Source of the DNA: Clostridiales bacterium UBA1740
Lineage (GTDB): Bacteria; Bacillota; Clostridia; Oscillospirales; CAG-272
DNA: 48,178 nucleotides
Assembly (NCBI GenBank): GCA_002315715.1
Contig: DCHY01000029.1
Coordinates: forward strand, 1-48,178
Reading direction: 5' to 3'
Of the stretch, positions 36,305 to 46,071 are shown piece after piece. The position numbers and the translations under genes were made by a program. How positions within the stretch are numbered: position 1 is the stretch's first letter; every line of letters starts with the position of its first letter. The notes under the pieces are model-generated. The model made no database searches and was not told the DNA's origin. It worked only from the letters and a program-made list of their open reading frames with translations.

Positions 36305-36622
36305 ATGAGTAAGCTTCAGATTAAGAAAGACGATACCGTTGTTGTTATTTCCGGTAACTCCAAAGGCACAAGAGGTAAAGTCATTGCAGCCGCTCCCGCT
36401 GAGGGAAAGGTTATTGTCGCAGGTGCGAACATCGTATCCAAACATACGAAAGCCCGCAAACAGGGCGAGACCTCCGGTATCATTAAGACCGAAGGCGCTA
36501 TGTACGCATCTAAAGTTATGCTTGTCTGCCCCAAATGCGATAAGGGCGTACGTGTTAAACACGTCGAAAAAGACGGCAAGAAAATCCGTGTATGCGCTAA
36601 ATGCGGCACGGAAATTAAGTGA
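36305..36622 (+). CDS. rplX: 50S ribosomal protein L24 (CxxC...CxxC form)
   Basis: KOW motif [12 protein letters not shown]; CPKC...CAKC. Confidence 0.97.
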   Translation: MSKLQIKKDDTVVVISGNSKGTRGKVIAAAPAEGKVIVAGANIVSKHTKARKQGETSGIIKTEGAMYASKVMLVCPKCDKGVRVKHVEKDGKKIRVCAKCGTEIK

Positions 36623-36636
36623 GAGGAGTAACGAGA

Positions 36637-37176
36637 ATGTCCAGATTTGCTGAAAAGTACAAGAGTGAAGTTGCTCCTGCACTCATGAAAAAGTTCGGTT
36701 ATACTTCGGTTATGCAGATTCCGAAGTTTGACAAAATCGTTATCAACGTCGGCGCCGGCGATGCAAAAGATAACTCCAAAGTTATCGACAACATCATCGA
36801 AGAAATCACCTTGATTTCCGGTCAGCGCGCCGTTCCCACCTATGCCCGTAAATCCATCGCAAACTTCAAACTCCGTCAGGGTATGAAGATCGGTGTTAAA
36901 GTAACCCTCCGCGGTGAGCGTATGTATGAGTTTATGGATAAACTCTTCAGCTTCGCTCTTCCTCGCGTACGTGACTTTAAGGGCATTAACCCCAACGGCT
37001 TTGACGGCAGAGGCAACTACGCTCTCGGTCTCAAAGAACAGTTGATCTTCCCCGAAATCGAATACGATAAGGTTGAGAAGATCCGCGGCATGGACATCGT
37101 ATTTGTTACGACCGCCCGTTCGGATGAAGAAGCAAAAGAGATGCTCACTTTGATGGGCGCTCCGTTTGCCAATTAA
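36637..37176 (+). CDS. rplE: 50S ribosomal protein L5
   Basis: KIVINVG, FKLRQG, LPRVRDF, FDGRGNY. Confidence 0.98.
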   Translation: MSRFAEKYKSEVAPALMKKFGYTSVMQIPKFDKIVINVGAGDAKDNSKVIDNIIEEITLISGQRAVPTYARKSIANFKLRQGMKIGVKVTLRGERMYEFMDKLFSFALPRVRDFKGINPNGFDGRGNYALGLKEQLIFPEIEYDKVEKIRGMDIVFVTTARSDEEAKEMLTLMGAPFAN

Positions 37177-37188
37177 GGAGGATTTGAT

Positions 37189-37374
37189 ATGGCAAAGACA
37201 GCGATGATACTGAAGCAGCAGAAAGAGCCGAAGTATTCCACTCGTGCTTACAACAGATGCAAAATCTGCGGTAGACCTCATGCCTACCTCCGTAAGTACG
37301 GTATCTGCCGTATCTGCTTCCGTGAACTTGCTTACAAAGGCGAGATTCCCGGTGTCAGAAAGGCATCTTGGTAA
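37189..37374 (+). CDS. rpsN: 30S ribosomal protein S14 (type Z, zinc-binding)
   Basis: 61 aa; RCKICGR...CRICFRE. Confidence 0.97.
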   Translation: MAKTAMILKQQKEPKYSTRAYNRCKICGRPHAYLRKYGICRICFRELAYKGEIPGVRKASW

Positions 37375-37502
37375 TTTATTACCAATCTCAGAGAATATTC
37401 TCTAAACTATCGACAGGAAAACGGAACACGCTTCCGTTTTAACCGTCGGTCAGCCGCCGCTTTGCGGCAGCAAGAAAAAACTTGCATATAGGAGGATTTA
37501 TC

Positions 37503-37901
37503 ATGCAAATTACAGACGTAATCGCCGACATGCTCACCCGTATTCGTAATGCGAATAACGCAAAGCATGAAACGGTCGATGTTCCCGCTTCCAATCTTAA
37601 GAAATCCATCGCCGAGATTCTTCTTGAAGAAGGCTATATCAAGAATTTCCAGATCGTGGAAGACGGCAAACAGGGTATCATTCGTATTACCCTCAAATAT
37701 ACCGCAAACAAACAGAAGGTTCTTCGCGGCCTTCGCCGTGTTTCCAAACCCGGCCTTCGTATTTATTCGAACTGCGAAGATATGCCCAGAGTCATGAACG
37801 GCCTCGGTATCGTTATCGTATCCACCTCCAAAGGTGTTATGACCGATAAAAAGGCAAGAGAACTCAACGTCGGCGGCGAAATTCTCGCCTTCGTATGGTA
37901 A
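37503..37901 (+). CDS. rpsH: 30S ribosomal protein S8
   Basis: [28 protein letters not shown]; AGGAGG RBS before ATG 37503. Confidence 0.98.
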   Translation: MQITDVIADMLTRIRNANNAKHETVDVPASNLKKSIAEILLEEGYIKNFQIVEDGKQGIIRITLKYTANKQKVLRGLRRVSKPGLRIYSNCEDMPRVMNGLGIVIVSTSKGVMTDKKARELNVGGEILAFVW

Positions 37902-37913
37902 GGAGGCAGAACA

Positions 37914-38453
37914 ATGTCTAGAATTGGAAGAATGCCTATCGCTATTCCCGCAGGTGTTACCGTTACGGTTGCCGACGGCAACGTCGTTACCGTAAAAGGT
38001 GCTCTCGGTGAACTTACCGAAAAGTTCGCAAGCAACCTCAATATTGCTGTTGAAAACGGCAACGTTGTCGTTACCCGTCCTGACGATGAAAAAGAAAACC
38101 GTGCTCTTCACGGTTTGACAAGAACCCTCATTTCCAACATGATCACCGGTGTTACTAAAGGTTACGAGAAGAAACTCGAAATCGTCGGCGTCGGCTACCG
38201 TGTTGAAAAACAGAGCGGTAAAATTGTTCTCGGTCTCGGCTACTCTCACCCCGTTGTTTTTGAAGAAAAAGACGGCGTGAAGTTCGAGTGCCCCGACTCC
38301 GTCACCATCCTTGTTAAGGGTATTGACAAGCAGATGGTAGGCCAGGTCGCTGCCAAGATTCGTGCAAAGAGACCTCCCGAACCCTACCTTGGTAAGGGTG
38401 TTAAGTATACCGGTGAAAAGATCCGCCGCAAGGCCGGAAAGACCGGTAAATAA
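37914..38453 (+). CDS. rplF: 50S ribosomal protein L6
   Basis: MSRIG, GVGYR, RPPEPYLGKG. Confidence 0.98.
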   Translation: MSRIGRMPIAIPAGVTVTVADGNVVTVKGALGELTEKFASNLNIAVENGNVVVTRPDDEKENRALHGLTRTLISNMITGVTKGYEKKLEIVGVGYRVEKQSGKIVLGLGYSHPVVFEEKDGVKFECPDSVTILVKGIDKQMVGQVAAKIRAKRPPEPYLGKGVKYTGEKIRRKAGKTGK

Positions 38454-38472
38454 GGAAAGGAGAGCGTAAATC

Positions 38473-38832
38473 ATGGTTAAGAGAACAGATAGCAACCAGC
38501 AGCGTTTGAAGAGACACATCCGCGTTCGCGGTAAGGTTTCCGGTACTGCAGAAAGACCTCGTCTTGCCGTATACCGTTCCAACGCCAACATTGCCGCACA
38601 GATCATCGACGACGTGACCGGCAAAACTCTCGTAAGTGCCAACACTTACGAAGCCGCTTTCGAAGGCATCGGCTCCAATAAGGAAGCTGCCAGAAAAGTA
38701 GGCAATACGCTCGCAAAAAGAGCACTTGAAAAAGGCATTACCGCTGTCGTATTCGACCGCGGCGGCTACATTTATCACGGACGTGTATCGGAACTCGCAG
38801 AAGGCGCCAGAGAAGGCGGCCTCAAATTCTGA
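38473..38832 (+). CDS. rplR: 50S ribosomal protein L18
   Basis: [22 protein letters not shown]. Confidence 0.98.
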   Translation: MVKRTDSNQQRLKRHIRVRGKVSGTAERPRLAVYRSNANIAAQIIDDVTGKTLVSANTYEAAFEGIGSNKEAARKVGNTLAKRALEKGITAVVFDRGGYIYHGRVSELAEGAREGGLKF

Positions 38833-38885
38833 TTCCGGTTTATACACTGTTTCGTCAAGAAACATTTATTAAGGAGTAATTGCAC

Positions 38886-39389
38886 ATGGCAAATTTCAAA
38901 GGCGCGAGCGAACTTGAACTTCAAGAACAACTCGTCGTACTCAACCGTGTTTCGAAGACTGTTAAAGGCGGACGTATCGCACGTTTCGCAGCCATCATGA
39001 TTGTCGGCGACGGCAATGGCCACGTTGGTTTCGGTCTCGGAAAAGCAGCCGAAGTTCCCGACGCTATCCGCAAGGGAATTGACGATGCAAAGAAAAATAT
39101 GATCACCGTTTCTTTGAACGGTCTCACCATTCCTCACGAGATTATCGGTGAATACGGAGCAGGTAAGGTGCTTCTGAAGCCCGCTGCCCCCGGTACCGGT
39201 ATTATTGCAGGCGGTACGGTTCGTACTATTCTCACTCTCGCAGGTATCAAGAATATCCGTGCGAAGTGCCTTCGTTCCACCAATCCTACGAACGTCGTTA
39301 AAGCTACCTTCGAGGGCCTTAAAGCGCTCAGAACCGTAGAAGAAGTTGCAGAACTTCGCGGCATCTCCGTAGAAAAAGTGAAAGGTTGA
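38886..39389 (+). CDS. rpsE: 30S ribosomal protein S5
   Basis: [26 protein letters not shown]. Confidence 0.98.
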   Translation: MANFKGASELELQEQLVVLNRVSKTVKGGRIARFAAIMIVGDGNGHVGFGLGKAAEVPDAIRKGIDDAKKNMITVSLNGLTIPHEIIGEYGAGKVLLKPAAPGTGIIAGGTVRTILTLAGIKNIRAKCLRSTNPTNVVKATFEGLKALRTVEEVAELRGISVEKVKG

Positions 39390-39400
39390 GGAGGTACGAT

Positions 39401-39589
39401 ATGAAAAAGACAGAACAGGTTAAAGTAACCTTGACTAAGAGTCTTATCGCTCGCAAACCCAATCAGATTGTTACCGCAAAATCTTTGGGCCTCACCCGCC
39501 CCGGTGACACTGTCGTTCTTGCAAACGACGCTGCACTCGCAGGTAAAATTAAAGTTCTTTCTCACCTTGTTAAGGTAGAGAACGTTTAA
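39401..39589 (+). CDS. rpmD: 50S ribosomal protein L30
   Basis: KVTLTKSLI, LGL, HLVKVE; lies between rpsE and rplO. Confidence 0.93.
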   Translation: MKKTEQVKVTLTKSLIARKPNQIVTAKSLGLTRPGDTVVLANDAALAGKIKVLSHLVKVENV

Positions 39590-39613
39590 TCGAAAGGAAA
39601 GGAGGATATATCT

Positions 39614-40054
39614 ATGAAGCTCCATGAACTTTCACCCGCTGCAGGCTCTACGAAAGAATGCTTCCGTAAGGGCAGAGGCACCGGCTCCGGAAACGGTAAA
39701 ACCGCCGGCAAGGGACATAAAGGTCAGAACGCTCGTTCGGGCGGCGGTGTTCGCCCGGGATTTGAGGGAGGTCAGCTTCCTCTTTACAGAAAACTTCCGA
39801 AGAGAGGTTTTCACAATGTATTTTCCAAAAAATATGCAATTATCAACGTTGACGCACTGAATCGCTTTGAGGACGGTGCCGTTGTTGATGCCGAGGCTCT
39901 TCTCGCTGCCGGCCTTATCAACGAGGTGCTTGACGGCGTAAAAGTGCTCGGTGACGGCGAAATTTCCAAGAAACTCACTGTTAAAGCGTCGGTCTTCTCG
40001 GAATCCGCGAAAGAGAAGATTGAAGCAGTAGGTGGAAAGTCTGAGGTGATTTAA
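39614..40054 (+). CDS. rplO: 50S ribosomal protein L15
   Basis: [27 protein letters not shown]. Confidence 0.98.
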   Translation: MKLHELSPAAGSTKECFRKGRGTGSGNGKTAGKGHKGQNARSGGGVRPGFEGGQLPLYRKLPKRGFHNVFSKKYAIINVDALNRFEDGAVVDAEALLAAGLINEVLDGVKVLGDGEISKKLTVKASVFSESAKEKIEAVGGKSEVI

Positions 40055-40055
40055 G

Positions 40056-41435
40056 ATGCTTCAGACACTCAAAAACGCTTGGAATACGAAAGACATTCGT
40101 AACAAGATTCTTTTCACCGTTTTGATTCTTGCCATCTACCGTGTCGGTACGGTTATCCCCGTTCCGTTCGTAGATGCAACCAGTTTCGCTTCCGTGTTCA
40201 GCGGTAACATTCTTCAGTACATGAGCATCCTTTCCGGCGGCTCTCTGGAGACGGCTACGCTCTTCGCACTCGGCGTAACTCCCTACATCAACGCTTCCAT
40301 TATCATTCAGCTTTTGGCAGTCGCTTTCCCGAAACTCGGTGAGCTCTCCAAAGATGAAGCAGGTAAGAAAGTGATGAACTTCATCACGAGACTTGTAACC
40401 GTAGTCCTCTCTCTTGTCACGGCTGTCGGTTACTACTTCCTCTTGAAGAACAACAGCTTCCTTGCCGACGAAGCCACCGGCGATTACGCCTGGATCTATG
40501 CATGCGTTATCATCGCTTGCTACTGTGCCGGCGCGTCTCTCATCATGTGGCTCGGTGAGCGTATCAACGAAAATGGTCTCGGTAACGGTATTTCCATTAT
40601 CCTTTTTGCCAATATCATTACCGTACTTCCCAACCAGGTCATCTACCTCGTTCAGTTCGTTATTGATGCCTTCAAGCTTGAAAACAGCCCGATTGGCAGA
40701 GGTATCGGTGCTATTGCATTCGCACTTGTTCTTATCGCTATCGTAATCGCTTTGACGATTTTCGTCATCTGGGTTACCGGTTCCGAGAGAAGAATCACGG
40801 TTCAGTATGCAAAGCAGATTAAGGGACGTAAGATGTACGGCGGTCAGTCGTCCTCTCTTCCCATCAAACTCAACATGGTAGGCGTTATGCCCGTCATCTT
40901 CGCCAGCACGATTGTCTCGGTCGTTCCCACGATCTTGGCTCTTTGCGGCGTCGACGGCACCGGCACGACCTTCTGGGATAAACTCAACAACTTCTTGGCA
41001 GCAGACGGTTGGTTCTACCCCGTCATCTTCCTTGTATTGATCGTAGCATTTACGTATTTCTATACGGAAATCTCCTTCAACCCGAAGGAAATTGCCAACA
41101 ACCTCAAAAAGCAGGGCGGCACTATCGCCGGTATCCGTCAGGGCAGACCTACGGCTGAATATATTCAGAGAATCCTCGGTAAGATCACTCTCGTGGGTGC
41201 TATCTTCCTTGCGATCGTAGCTATCCTTCCCATCGTCGGCGGACCTCACGTATTGAAGCCCTTAATCGCATGGATCCTCGGCAACGACAGCGAGGCCGTT
41301 TCCAAGGCTTCTACCTTGACAAGCGTCTTCACCTTCGGTGGTACGACTCTTCTTATCGTAGTCGGTGTTGTTCTTGAAACCTACCGCGAACTCGAAGCAC
41401 AGCTTACCATGCGCAGCTACAAGAAACTCCTGTAA
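40056..41435 (+). CDS. secY: Preprotein translocase subunit SecY
   Basis: FALGVTPYINASIIIQLL, GLGNGISIILF, GVMPVIFAS, GGTTLLIVVGV. Confidence 0.97.
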   Translation: MLQTLKNAWNTKDIRNKILFTVLILAIYRVGTVIPVPFVDATSFASVFSGNILQYMSILSGGSLETATLFALGVTPYINASIIIQLLAVAFPKLGELSKDEAGKKVMNFITRLVTVVLSLVTAVGYYFLLKNNSFLADEATGDYAWIYACVIIACYCAGASLIMWLGERINENGLGNGISIILFANIITVLPNQVIYLVQFVIDAFKLENSPIGRGIGAIAFALVLIAIVIALTIFVIWVTGSERRITVQYAKQIKGRKMYGGQSSSLPIKLNMVGVMPVIFASTIVSVVPTILALCGVDGTGTTFWDKLNNFLAADGWFYPVIFLVLIVAFTYFYTEISFNPKEIANNLKKQGGTIAGIRQGRPTAEYIQRILGKITLVGAIFLAIVAILPIVGGPHVLKPLIAWILGNDSEAVSKASTLTSVFTFGGTTLLIVVGVVLETYRELEAQLTMRSYKKLL

Positions 41436-41447
41436 GAGGGACTCCCG

Positions 41448-42080
41448 ATGAAAATTATTTTTCTCGGTGCGCCCGGTGCCGGTAAAGGCACACAGGCAGA
41501 CAGAACGGCCCTTCGCCTCGGCATCCCGACGATTTCGACGGGTGCCATCATCCGTGCCGCTTTGGCAAACGGAACCGAAATGGGTCAAAAAGCAAAACAA
41601 TTTATCGAGCGTGGCGCTCTTGTTCCGGATGATGTCGTTATCGGCATCATCCGTGAGCGCCTTGCCGAGTCGGACTGCAAAGACGGCTTCATCTTGGACG
41701 GTTTTCCCCGCACCGTGCCGCAGGCAATTGCCCTCGACGCGATGGGAGTGAAACTCGACGCTGTTCTCTCCATTGAGGTCAGTGACGAGGAGATCTTGGG
41801 GAGAATGACCGGCCGCCGTGTATGTGCCAAGTGCGGAACTTCCTATCATATCGCGACGCTTCCCGCGAAGGACGGCGTTCATTGCGATAAGTGCGGAACC
41901 GAACTGACCGTACGCGCGGATGATGCCCCCGAAGTTGTCAAGTCCCGTTTGGAAGTCTATCACTCCACGACGGAACCGTTAAAAGATTACTATGCGAAAG
42001 TGGGTAATCTCCGTCTTGTTGACGGTATCGGAACCGTTGATGAAATATCGGAGCGTACTTTAAAGGCGCTCGGCGTATAA
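41448..42080 (+). CDS. adk: Adenylate kinase (Zn-LID type)
   Basis: GAPGAGKGTQ, LDGFPRT, CAKC...CDKC. Confidence 0.97.
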   Translation: MKIIFLGAPGAGKGTQADRTALRLGIPTISTGAIIRAALANGTEMGQKAKQFIERGALVPDDVVIGIIRERLAESDCKDGFILDGFPRTVPQAIALDAMGVKLDAVLSIEVSDEEILGRMTGRRVCAKCGTSYHIATLPAKDGVHCDKCGTELTVRADDAPEVVKSRLEVYHSTTEPLKDYYAKVGNLRLVDGIGTVDEISERTLKALGV

Positions 42081-42355
42081 CCGAGCCGCGCCTCTTTTCA
42101 CACGCGGTTTCCGCTTTTTGCACGTTGTAAAAAACGTTTCAGACTTTTCGCGGCATTCCTCCCTATGGGAAGAAAAGAAAAAGTCCGAGTTGCCGCCGGT
42201 CACAGAACGGCACTCTCAAATCTTTGCGATTTGAAAAGCGTTTTTGCAAAAATCGGAACCGTCATTTCAACAAAAAGAGAAGTATCCCAAGAGTACAGGA
42301 CGCGAAAGCGTCCCCCCATCATTTAAACCGTTCCCGTTTGGGACAAAGGAGAAAT

Positions 42356-42577
42356 ATGCCGAAATCCGATTTGATAGAATTTGAAGATTGCCAAGTTGTG
42401 GAAGCACTTCCCAACACGATTTTCAAAGTCAAACTTCCGAATGGTCACATTGTCACGGCGACCATCTCCGGTAAGTTGCGTATGAACTACATCAAAATTC
42501 TCGTCGGCGATACCGTCACCGTGGAAGTATCTCCCTATGATATTTCCAAAGGCCGTATCACTTGGCGTAAGAAGTAA
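42356..42577 (+). CDS. infA: Translation initiation factor IF-1
   Basis: [25 protein letters not shown]; AAGGAG RBS before ATG 42356. Confidence 0.97.
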   Translation: MPKSDLIEFEDCQVVEALPNTIFKVKLPNGHIVTATISGKLRMNYIKILVGDTVTVEVSPYDISKGRITWRKK

Positions 42578-42603
42578 AATCATCGAAAGGAAAGGGTTAA
42601 ATA

Positions 42604-42717
42604 ATGAAAGTTAAGCCTTCCGTCAAAAAGATTTGCGAAAAATGCAAGATTATCAGAAGACATGGCAAAGTCATGGTCATCTGCGAGAATCCCAAGCATA
42701 AACAGCGTCAGGGTTGA
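42604..42717 (+). CDS. rpmJ: 50S ribosomal protein L36 (absent from the ORF track)
   Basis: Translated by hand: [37 protein letters not shown]. Confidence 0.97.
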   Translation: MKVKPSVKKICEKCKIIRRHGKVMVICENPKHKQRQG

Positions 42718-42763
42718 CGTTCTGCAAATTGTTGACAAAATAAAAAAGGAGTAAAATATCGAA

Positions 42764-43132
42764 ATGGCTCGTATAGCTGGTGTTGATATTCCCAACAACA
42801 AGCGCGTTGAGATCGCGCTCACTTATATTTACGGTATCGGCCTTCAGAGCTCTCAGGATATTCTTGCCAAAACCGGCATCAATCCCGACACTCGTGCCAA
42901 AGACCTTACCGAAAATGAAATCGCAGCTCTTCGTGATGAAATCGAAGCACATTACATGGTAGAGGGTGACCTTCGCCGTGACGTCGCTTTGAACATCAAG
43001 AGACTTGTCGAAATTAACTGCTATCGCGGTATCCGCCACAGAAAAGGACTTCCTGTTCGTGGTCAGCGTACCAAGACGAATGCAAGAACCAGAAAAGGTC
43101 CCGCAAAGACCATCGCTAACAAGAAGAAGTAA
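42764..43132 (+). CDS. rpsM: 30S ribosomal protein S13
   Basis: [35 protein letters not shown]. Confidence 0.98.
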   Translation: MARIAGVDIPNNKRVEIALTYIYGIGLQSSQDILAKTGINPDTRAKDLTENEIAALRDEIEAHYMVEGDLRRDVALNIKRLVEINCYRGIRHRKGLPVRGQRTKTNARTRKGPAKTIANKKK

Positions 43133-43146
43133 GGAGGATACGAAAA

Positions 43147-43539
43147 ATGGCAGTAGCAAAGAAAGTCGTTAAAAAGCGCCGCGAACGCAAGAATGTGGAA
43201 AAAGGCGTTGCTCATATTCGTTCCACTTTCAACAACACGATTGTTTCCATCACCGATATGCAGGGTAACGTTATTTCCTGGGGCACTTCCGGTGAAATGG
43301 GCTTTAAGGGCTCGAAAAAATCCACGCCTTATGCCGCTCAGACCGCAGCAGAAAAGGCAGCAAAAGCCGCAGCCGATCAGGGCATGAAGACGGTTGAAGT
43401 GTTGGTCAGAGGTCCCGGATCCGGACGTGAGTCTGCTATCCGTGCTTTGGCAACGGCAGGTCTTGAAATCACAATGATCAAGGACGTAACACCGATTCCT
43501 CACAACGGTTGTCGTCCTCCGAAACGCAGACGCGTTTAA
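43147..43539 (+). CDS. rpsK: 30S ribosomal protein S11
   Basis: [32 protein letters not shown]. Confidence 0.98.
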   Translation: MAVAKKVVKKRRERKNVEKGVAHIRSTFNNTIVSITDMQGNVISWGTSGEMGFKGSKKSTPYAAQTAAEKAAKAAADQGMKTVEVLVRGPGSGRESAIRALATAGLEITMIKDVTPIPHNGCRPPKRRRV

Positions 43540-43557
43540 TCTTTGGAGGTATAGAAA

Positions 43558-44184
43558 ATGGCTAGATATACTGGTCCTAACTGTAAAATGTGCCGTCGTG
43601 AAGGCTGCAAACTTTACCTGAAGGGTGAACGCTGCACGAACGGTAAATGTGCATTTGATCACAGAAGCACCGCTCCCGGTCAGCATGGCGCTGCCCGTAA
43701 GAAAGTTTCCGAATACGGCAAACACCTTCGTGAAAAACAGAAGGCAAGACGTATTTACGGCGTTCTTGAAAATCAGTTCCGTTCCTATTATGAAAAGGCA
43801 GTTAAGATGCAAGGCATCGCAGGTGCAAACCTCCTTACGATCCTTGAAACCCGTCTTGACAACGCCGTTTACAGAATGGGTATGGCAGAGTCCAGAAAAG
43901 ACGCGCGTCAGCTTGTGCTCCACGCTCATTTCACGCTCAACGGAAAGAAAGTTAACATCCCCTCTCTCCTTGTAAAGCCCGGTGACGTTATCGCCGTTCG
44001 CGAAACCAGCAAGGAAAGCGAAAAGATCAAGGGACTTGCCGAAGCTTTGAACAGCAAAGTAGCTCCCAAATGGCTTGAGAGAGATGCTCAGAATCTCACT
44101 GCGAAAGTCGTTGCTCTTCCTGCAAGAGACGATATCGATTTCGAGATCAACGAGCAGCTGATTGTCGAACTTTATTCCAAGTAA
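43558..44184 (+). CDS. rpsD: 30S ribosomal protein S4 (Cys-containing N-terminus)
   Basis: [35 protein letters not shown]. Confidence 0.98.
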   Translation: MARYTGPNCKMCRREGCKLYLKGERCTNGKCAFDHRSTAPGQHGAARKKVSEYGKHLREKQKARRIYGVLENQFRSYYEKAVKMQGIAGANLLTILETRLDNAVYRMGMAESRKDARQLVLHAHFTLNGKKVNIPSLLVKPGDVIAVRETSKESEKIKGLAEALNSKVAPKWLERDAQNLTAKVVALPARDDIDFEINEQLIVELYSK

Positions 44185-44279
44185 TCCCCTTTGAGCGTGG
44201 GAAAATAGAAACCCTATTTTCCCTTCGCAAACGCTTGGCTTAAGCATACCGAAAATAATCAGAGGAGGAATTTACTATT

Positions 44280-45257
44280 ATGATGAACGCTATTGAAAAG
44301 TTCAACATTAACGTGACCGAAATGTCGGATGACGGTAAAGAAGCGACTCTTGTCATTGAACCTTTGGTTCGCGGCTACGGCGTTACCCTCGGTAACTCCC
44401 TTCGTCGTGTCCTTCTTTCCACACTCCCCGGATATGCCGCAACGAGCATTAAGATTGACGGTGTTCTTCACGAGATTTCCGCTTGCAACGGTGTCAAAGA
44501 AGACGTTCCCGAAATCGTTTTGAACGTAAAAGGCATTGTCGCTAAACTCGACTGCCAGGGACCGAAGACGGTCTATATTGATGTAACGGGTCCTTGCGAA
44601 GTAAAAGCCGGTGATATCACTCCCGATGCCGAACTTCACATTCTCAATCCCGAACATCACATCTGTACGGTCAGCGATAACATTCGCTACCATATGGAAT
44701 TGACTTTCGATGAAGGACGCGGATACGTTCCTTCGGACGTCAATAAACAATTGTATTTGCAGAGCGTCGGCGCCAATATGGGTGCTCCGATCGGACTTAT
44801 CTTCGTCGATTCTATCTTTACCCCCGTGTACAAGGTAGAGTACAACGTGGAAAATACCCGTGTCGGCAACATCACTGACTTCGACAAACTCACCATGAAA
44901 GTTCTGACTAACGGAACGATTGCAGCCAAGGAAGCCGTTTCTCTTGCTGCCAAGGTTCTCAACGAGCATCTCAAACTCTTCATCGACATGTCTGACGAAG
45001 CCCAGAAGGCTGAAATCATGGTCGAAAGAGCTGAAGTGAAAAAAGAAAAAGTGCTGGAGATGACCATTGAGGAACTTGACCTGTCTGTCCGCAGCTTCAA
45101 CTGCTTGAAGCGCGCCGGCATTGACACGGTGGAAGATTTGATTGATCGCACCGAAGAAGATATGATTAAGGTTCGTAACCTCGGTAGCAAATCGCTCGAA
45201 GAAGTTATTCAGAAACTCCATTCCTTGAACCTCGAGCTCAAGAAAGTGGAAGATTAA
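44280..45257 (+). CDS. rpoA: DNA-directed RNA polymerase subunit alpha
   Basis: [46 protein letters not shown]. Confidence 0.98.
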   Translation: MMNAIEKFNINVTEMSDDGKEATLVIEPLVRGYGVTLGNSLRRVLLSTLPGYAATSIKIDGVLHEISACNGVKEDVPEIVLNVKGIVAKLDCQGPKTVYIDVTGPCEVKAGDITPDAELHILNPEHHICTVSDNIRYHMELTFDEGRGYVPSDVNKQLYLQSVGANMGAPIGLIFVDSIFTPVYKVEYNVENTRVGNITDFDKLTMKVLTNGTIAAKEAVSLAAKVLNEHLKLFIDMSDEAQKAEIMVERAEVKKEKVLEMTIEELDLSVRSFNCLKRAGIDTVEDLIDRTEEDMIKVRNLGSKSLEEVIQKLHSLNLELKKVED

Positions 45258-45275
45258 AACAGGAGAAATAGTGAT

Positions 45276-45749
45276 ATGAGAAAACTTGGTAGAACATCTG
45301 CACAGCGCAAAGCTATGCTCAGAGGTATGACCACGCTTCTCCTTGAAAAGGGCAAGATCGAAACGACCTATACCCGTGCTCAGGAAGTCTCGGCTAAAGC
45401 AGACGAGATGATCACCCTCGGTAAGAAAGGGGACCTCTCCGCTTACCGTGCAGCACTTGCCTATATTACCAAAGAAGATGTGGCAAAAAATCTCTTCAGC
45501 GTTATCGCTCCGACCTACGCCAACCAGAACGGCGGTTACACCCGCGTTTTGAAGACCGGTCCGAGAAGAGGCGACGCTGCCGAAATGGCGATCGTTACGC
45601 TCGTTAAGGTGGAAGCACCCGTTGTGGAAACCAAAAAACCTGCGAAGAAAACCGCCGCTAAAAAGGCTGTGAAAGCCGCTCCCGTAGAGGAAGCCGCTCC
45701 CGCAGAAGCACCGGCTGAAGAAGCACCCGCAACCGAAGCCGCTGAATAA
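45276..45749 (+). CDS. rplQ: 50S ribosomal protein L17 with low-complexity C-terminal extension
   Basis: [23 protein letters not shown], then about 45 aa rich in K/A/E/P. Confidence 0.97.
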   Translation: MRKLGRTSAQRKAMLRGMTTLLLEKGKIETTYTRAQEVSAKADEMITLGKKGDLSAYRAALAYITKEDVAKNLFSVIAPTYANQNGGYTRVLKTGPRRGDAAEMAIVTLVKVEAPVVETKKPAKKTAAKKAVKAAPVEEAAPAEAPAEEAPATEAAE

Positions 45750-45756
45750 GCAAACC

Positions 45757-45791
45757 AAAAAGAACCTCGGCAACCGCCGAGGTTCTTTTTT
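45757..45791 (+). terminator. Terminator of the ribosomal cluster
   Basis: AAAAAGAACCTCGGC / GCCGAGGTTCTTTTTT. Confidence 0.9.
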
Positions 45792-45845
45792 GCGCTGTTT
45801 TTTAGAAAACAGACGTGAAAAGTTTGAAAAACGGGAGTTTTTCAT

Positions 45846-45941
45846 GCCTCCCTCCGGGAGGGAGGTGTCGCAAAAAGCGACGGAAGGAGAAGGCGAGCCT
45901 TCCCCTTCGGGGGAAGGTGCCGAGGAACGAGGCGAAAGAGG
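45846..45941. repeat. Two tandem REP-like palindromic units
   Basis: CCTCCCTC-CGG-GAGGGAGG-TG (from 45847) and CCTTCCCC-TTCG-GGGGAAGG-TG (from 45898), each followed by a similar purine-rich tail. Confidence 0.6.
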
Positions 45942-45949
45942 TTATCGTC

Positions 45950-46054
45950 TCGCACTTCGTGCGAATGAGATGCCATTCCTTCGGAATGGATGATATCCCG
46001 CTTTGCGGATGATATCCCGTGCATTGCACGGATGATATACAACGCTTCGCGTTG
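45950..46054. repeat. Array of five different hairpins joined by a conserved ATGAKAT linker
   Basis: TCGCACTTCGTGCGA-atgagatg-CCATTCCTTCGGAATGG-atgatatc-CCGCTTTGCGG-atgatatc-CCGTGCATTGCACGG-atgatata-CAACGCTTCGCGTTG. Confidence 0.8.
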
Positions 46055-46071
46055 ATAGTGCGCAAGAACGC

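Noticed and set aside
30928-45845. Long minus-strand ORFs (e.g. 30928-31992, 37407-38645, 39981-41249, 43063-44247, 44259-45845)
   Set aside because: Antisense shadows of highly biased ribosomal, secY and rpoA genes. They have no recognisable motifs or RBS.
45950-46054. CRISPR array call for the repeat cluster
   Set aside because: The constant unit is only 7-8 nt, the variable units are 11-17-nt palindromes, and there are no cas genes. Kept as a different kind of array.
45790-46065. Four short overlapping ORFs between rplQ and htpG
   Set aside because: They run across palindromic repeats on both strands, with no convincing RBS or protein motif.
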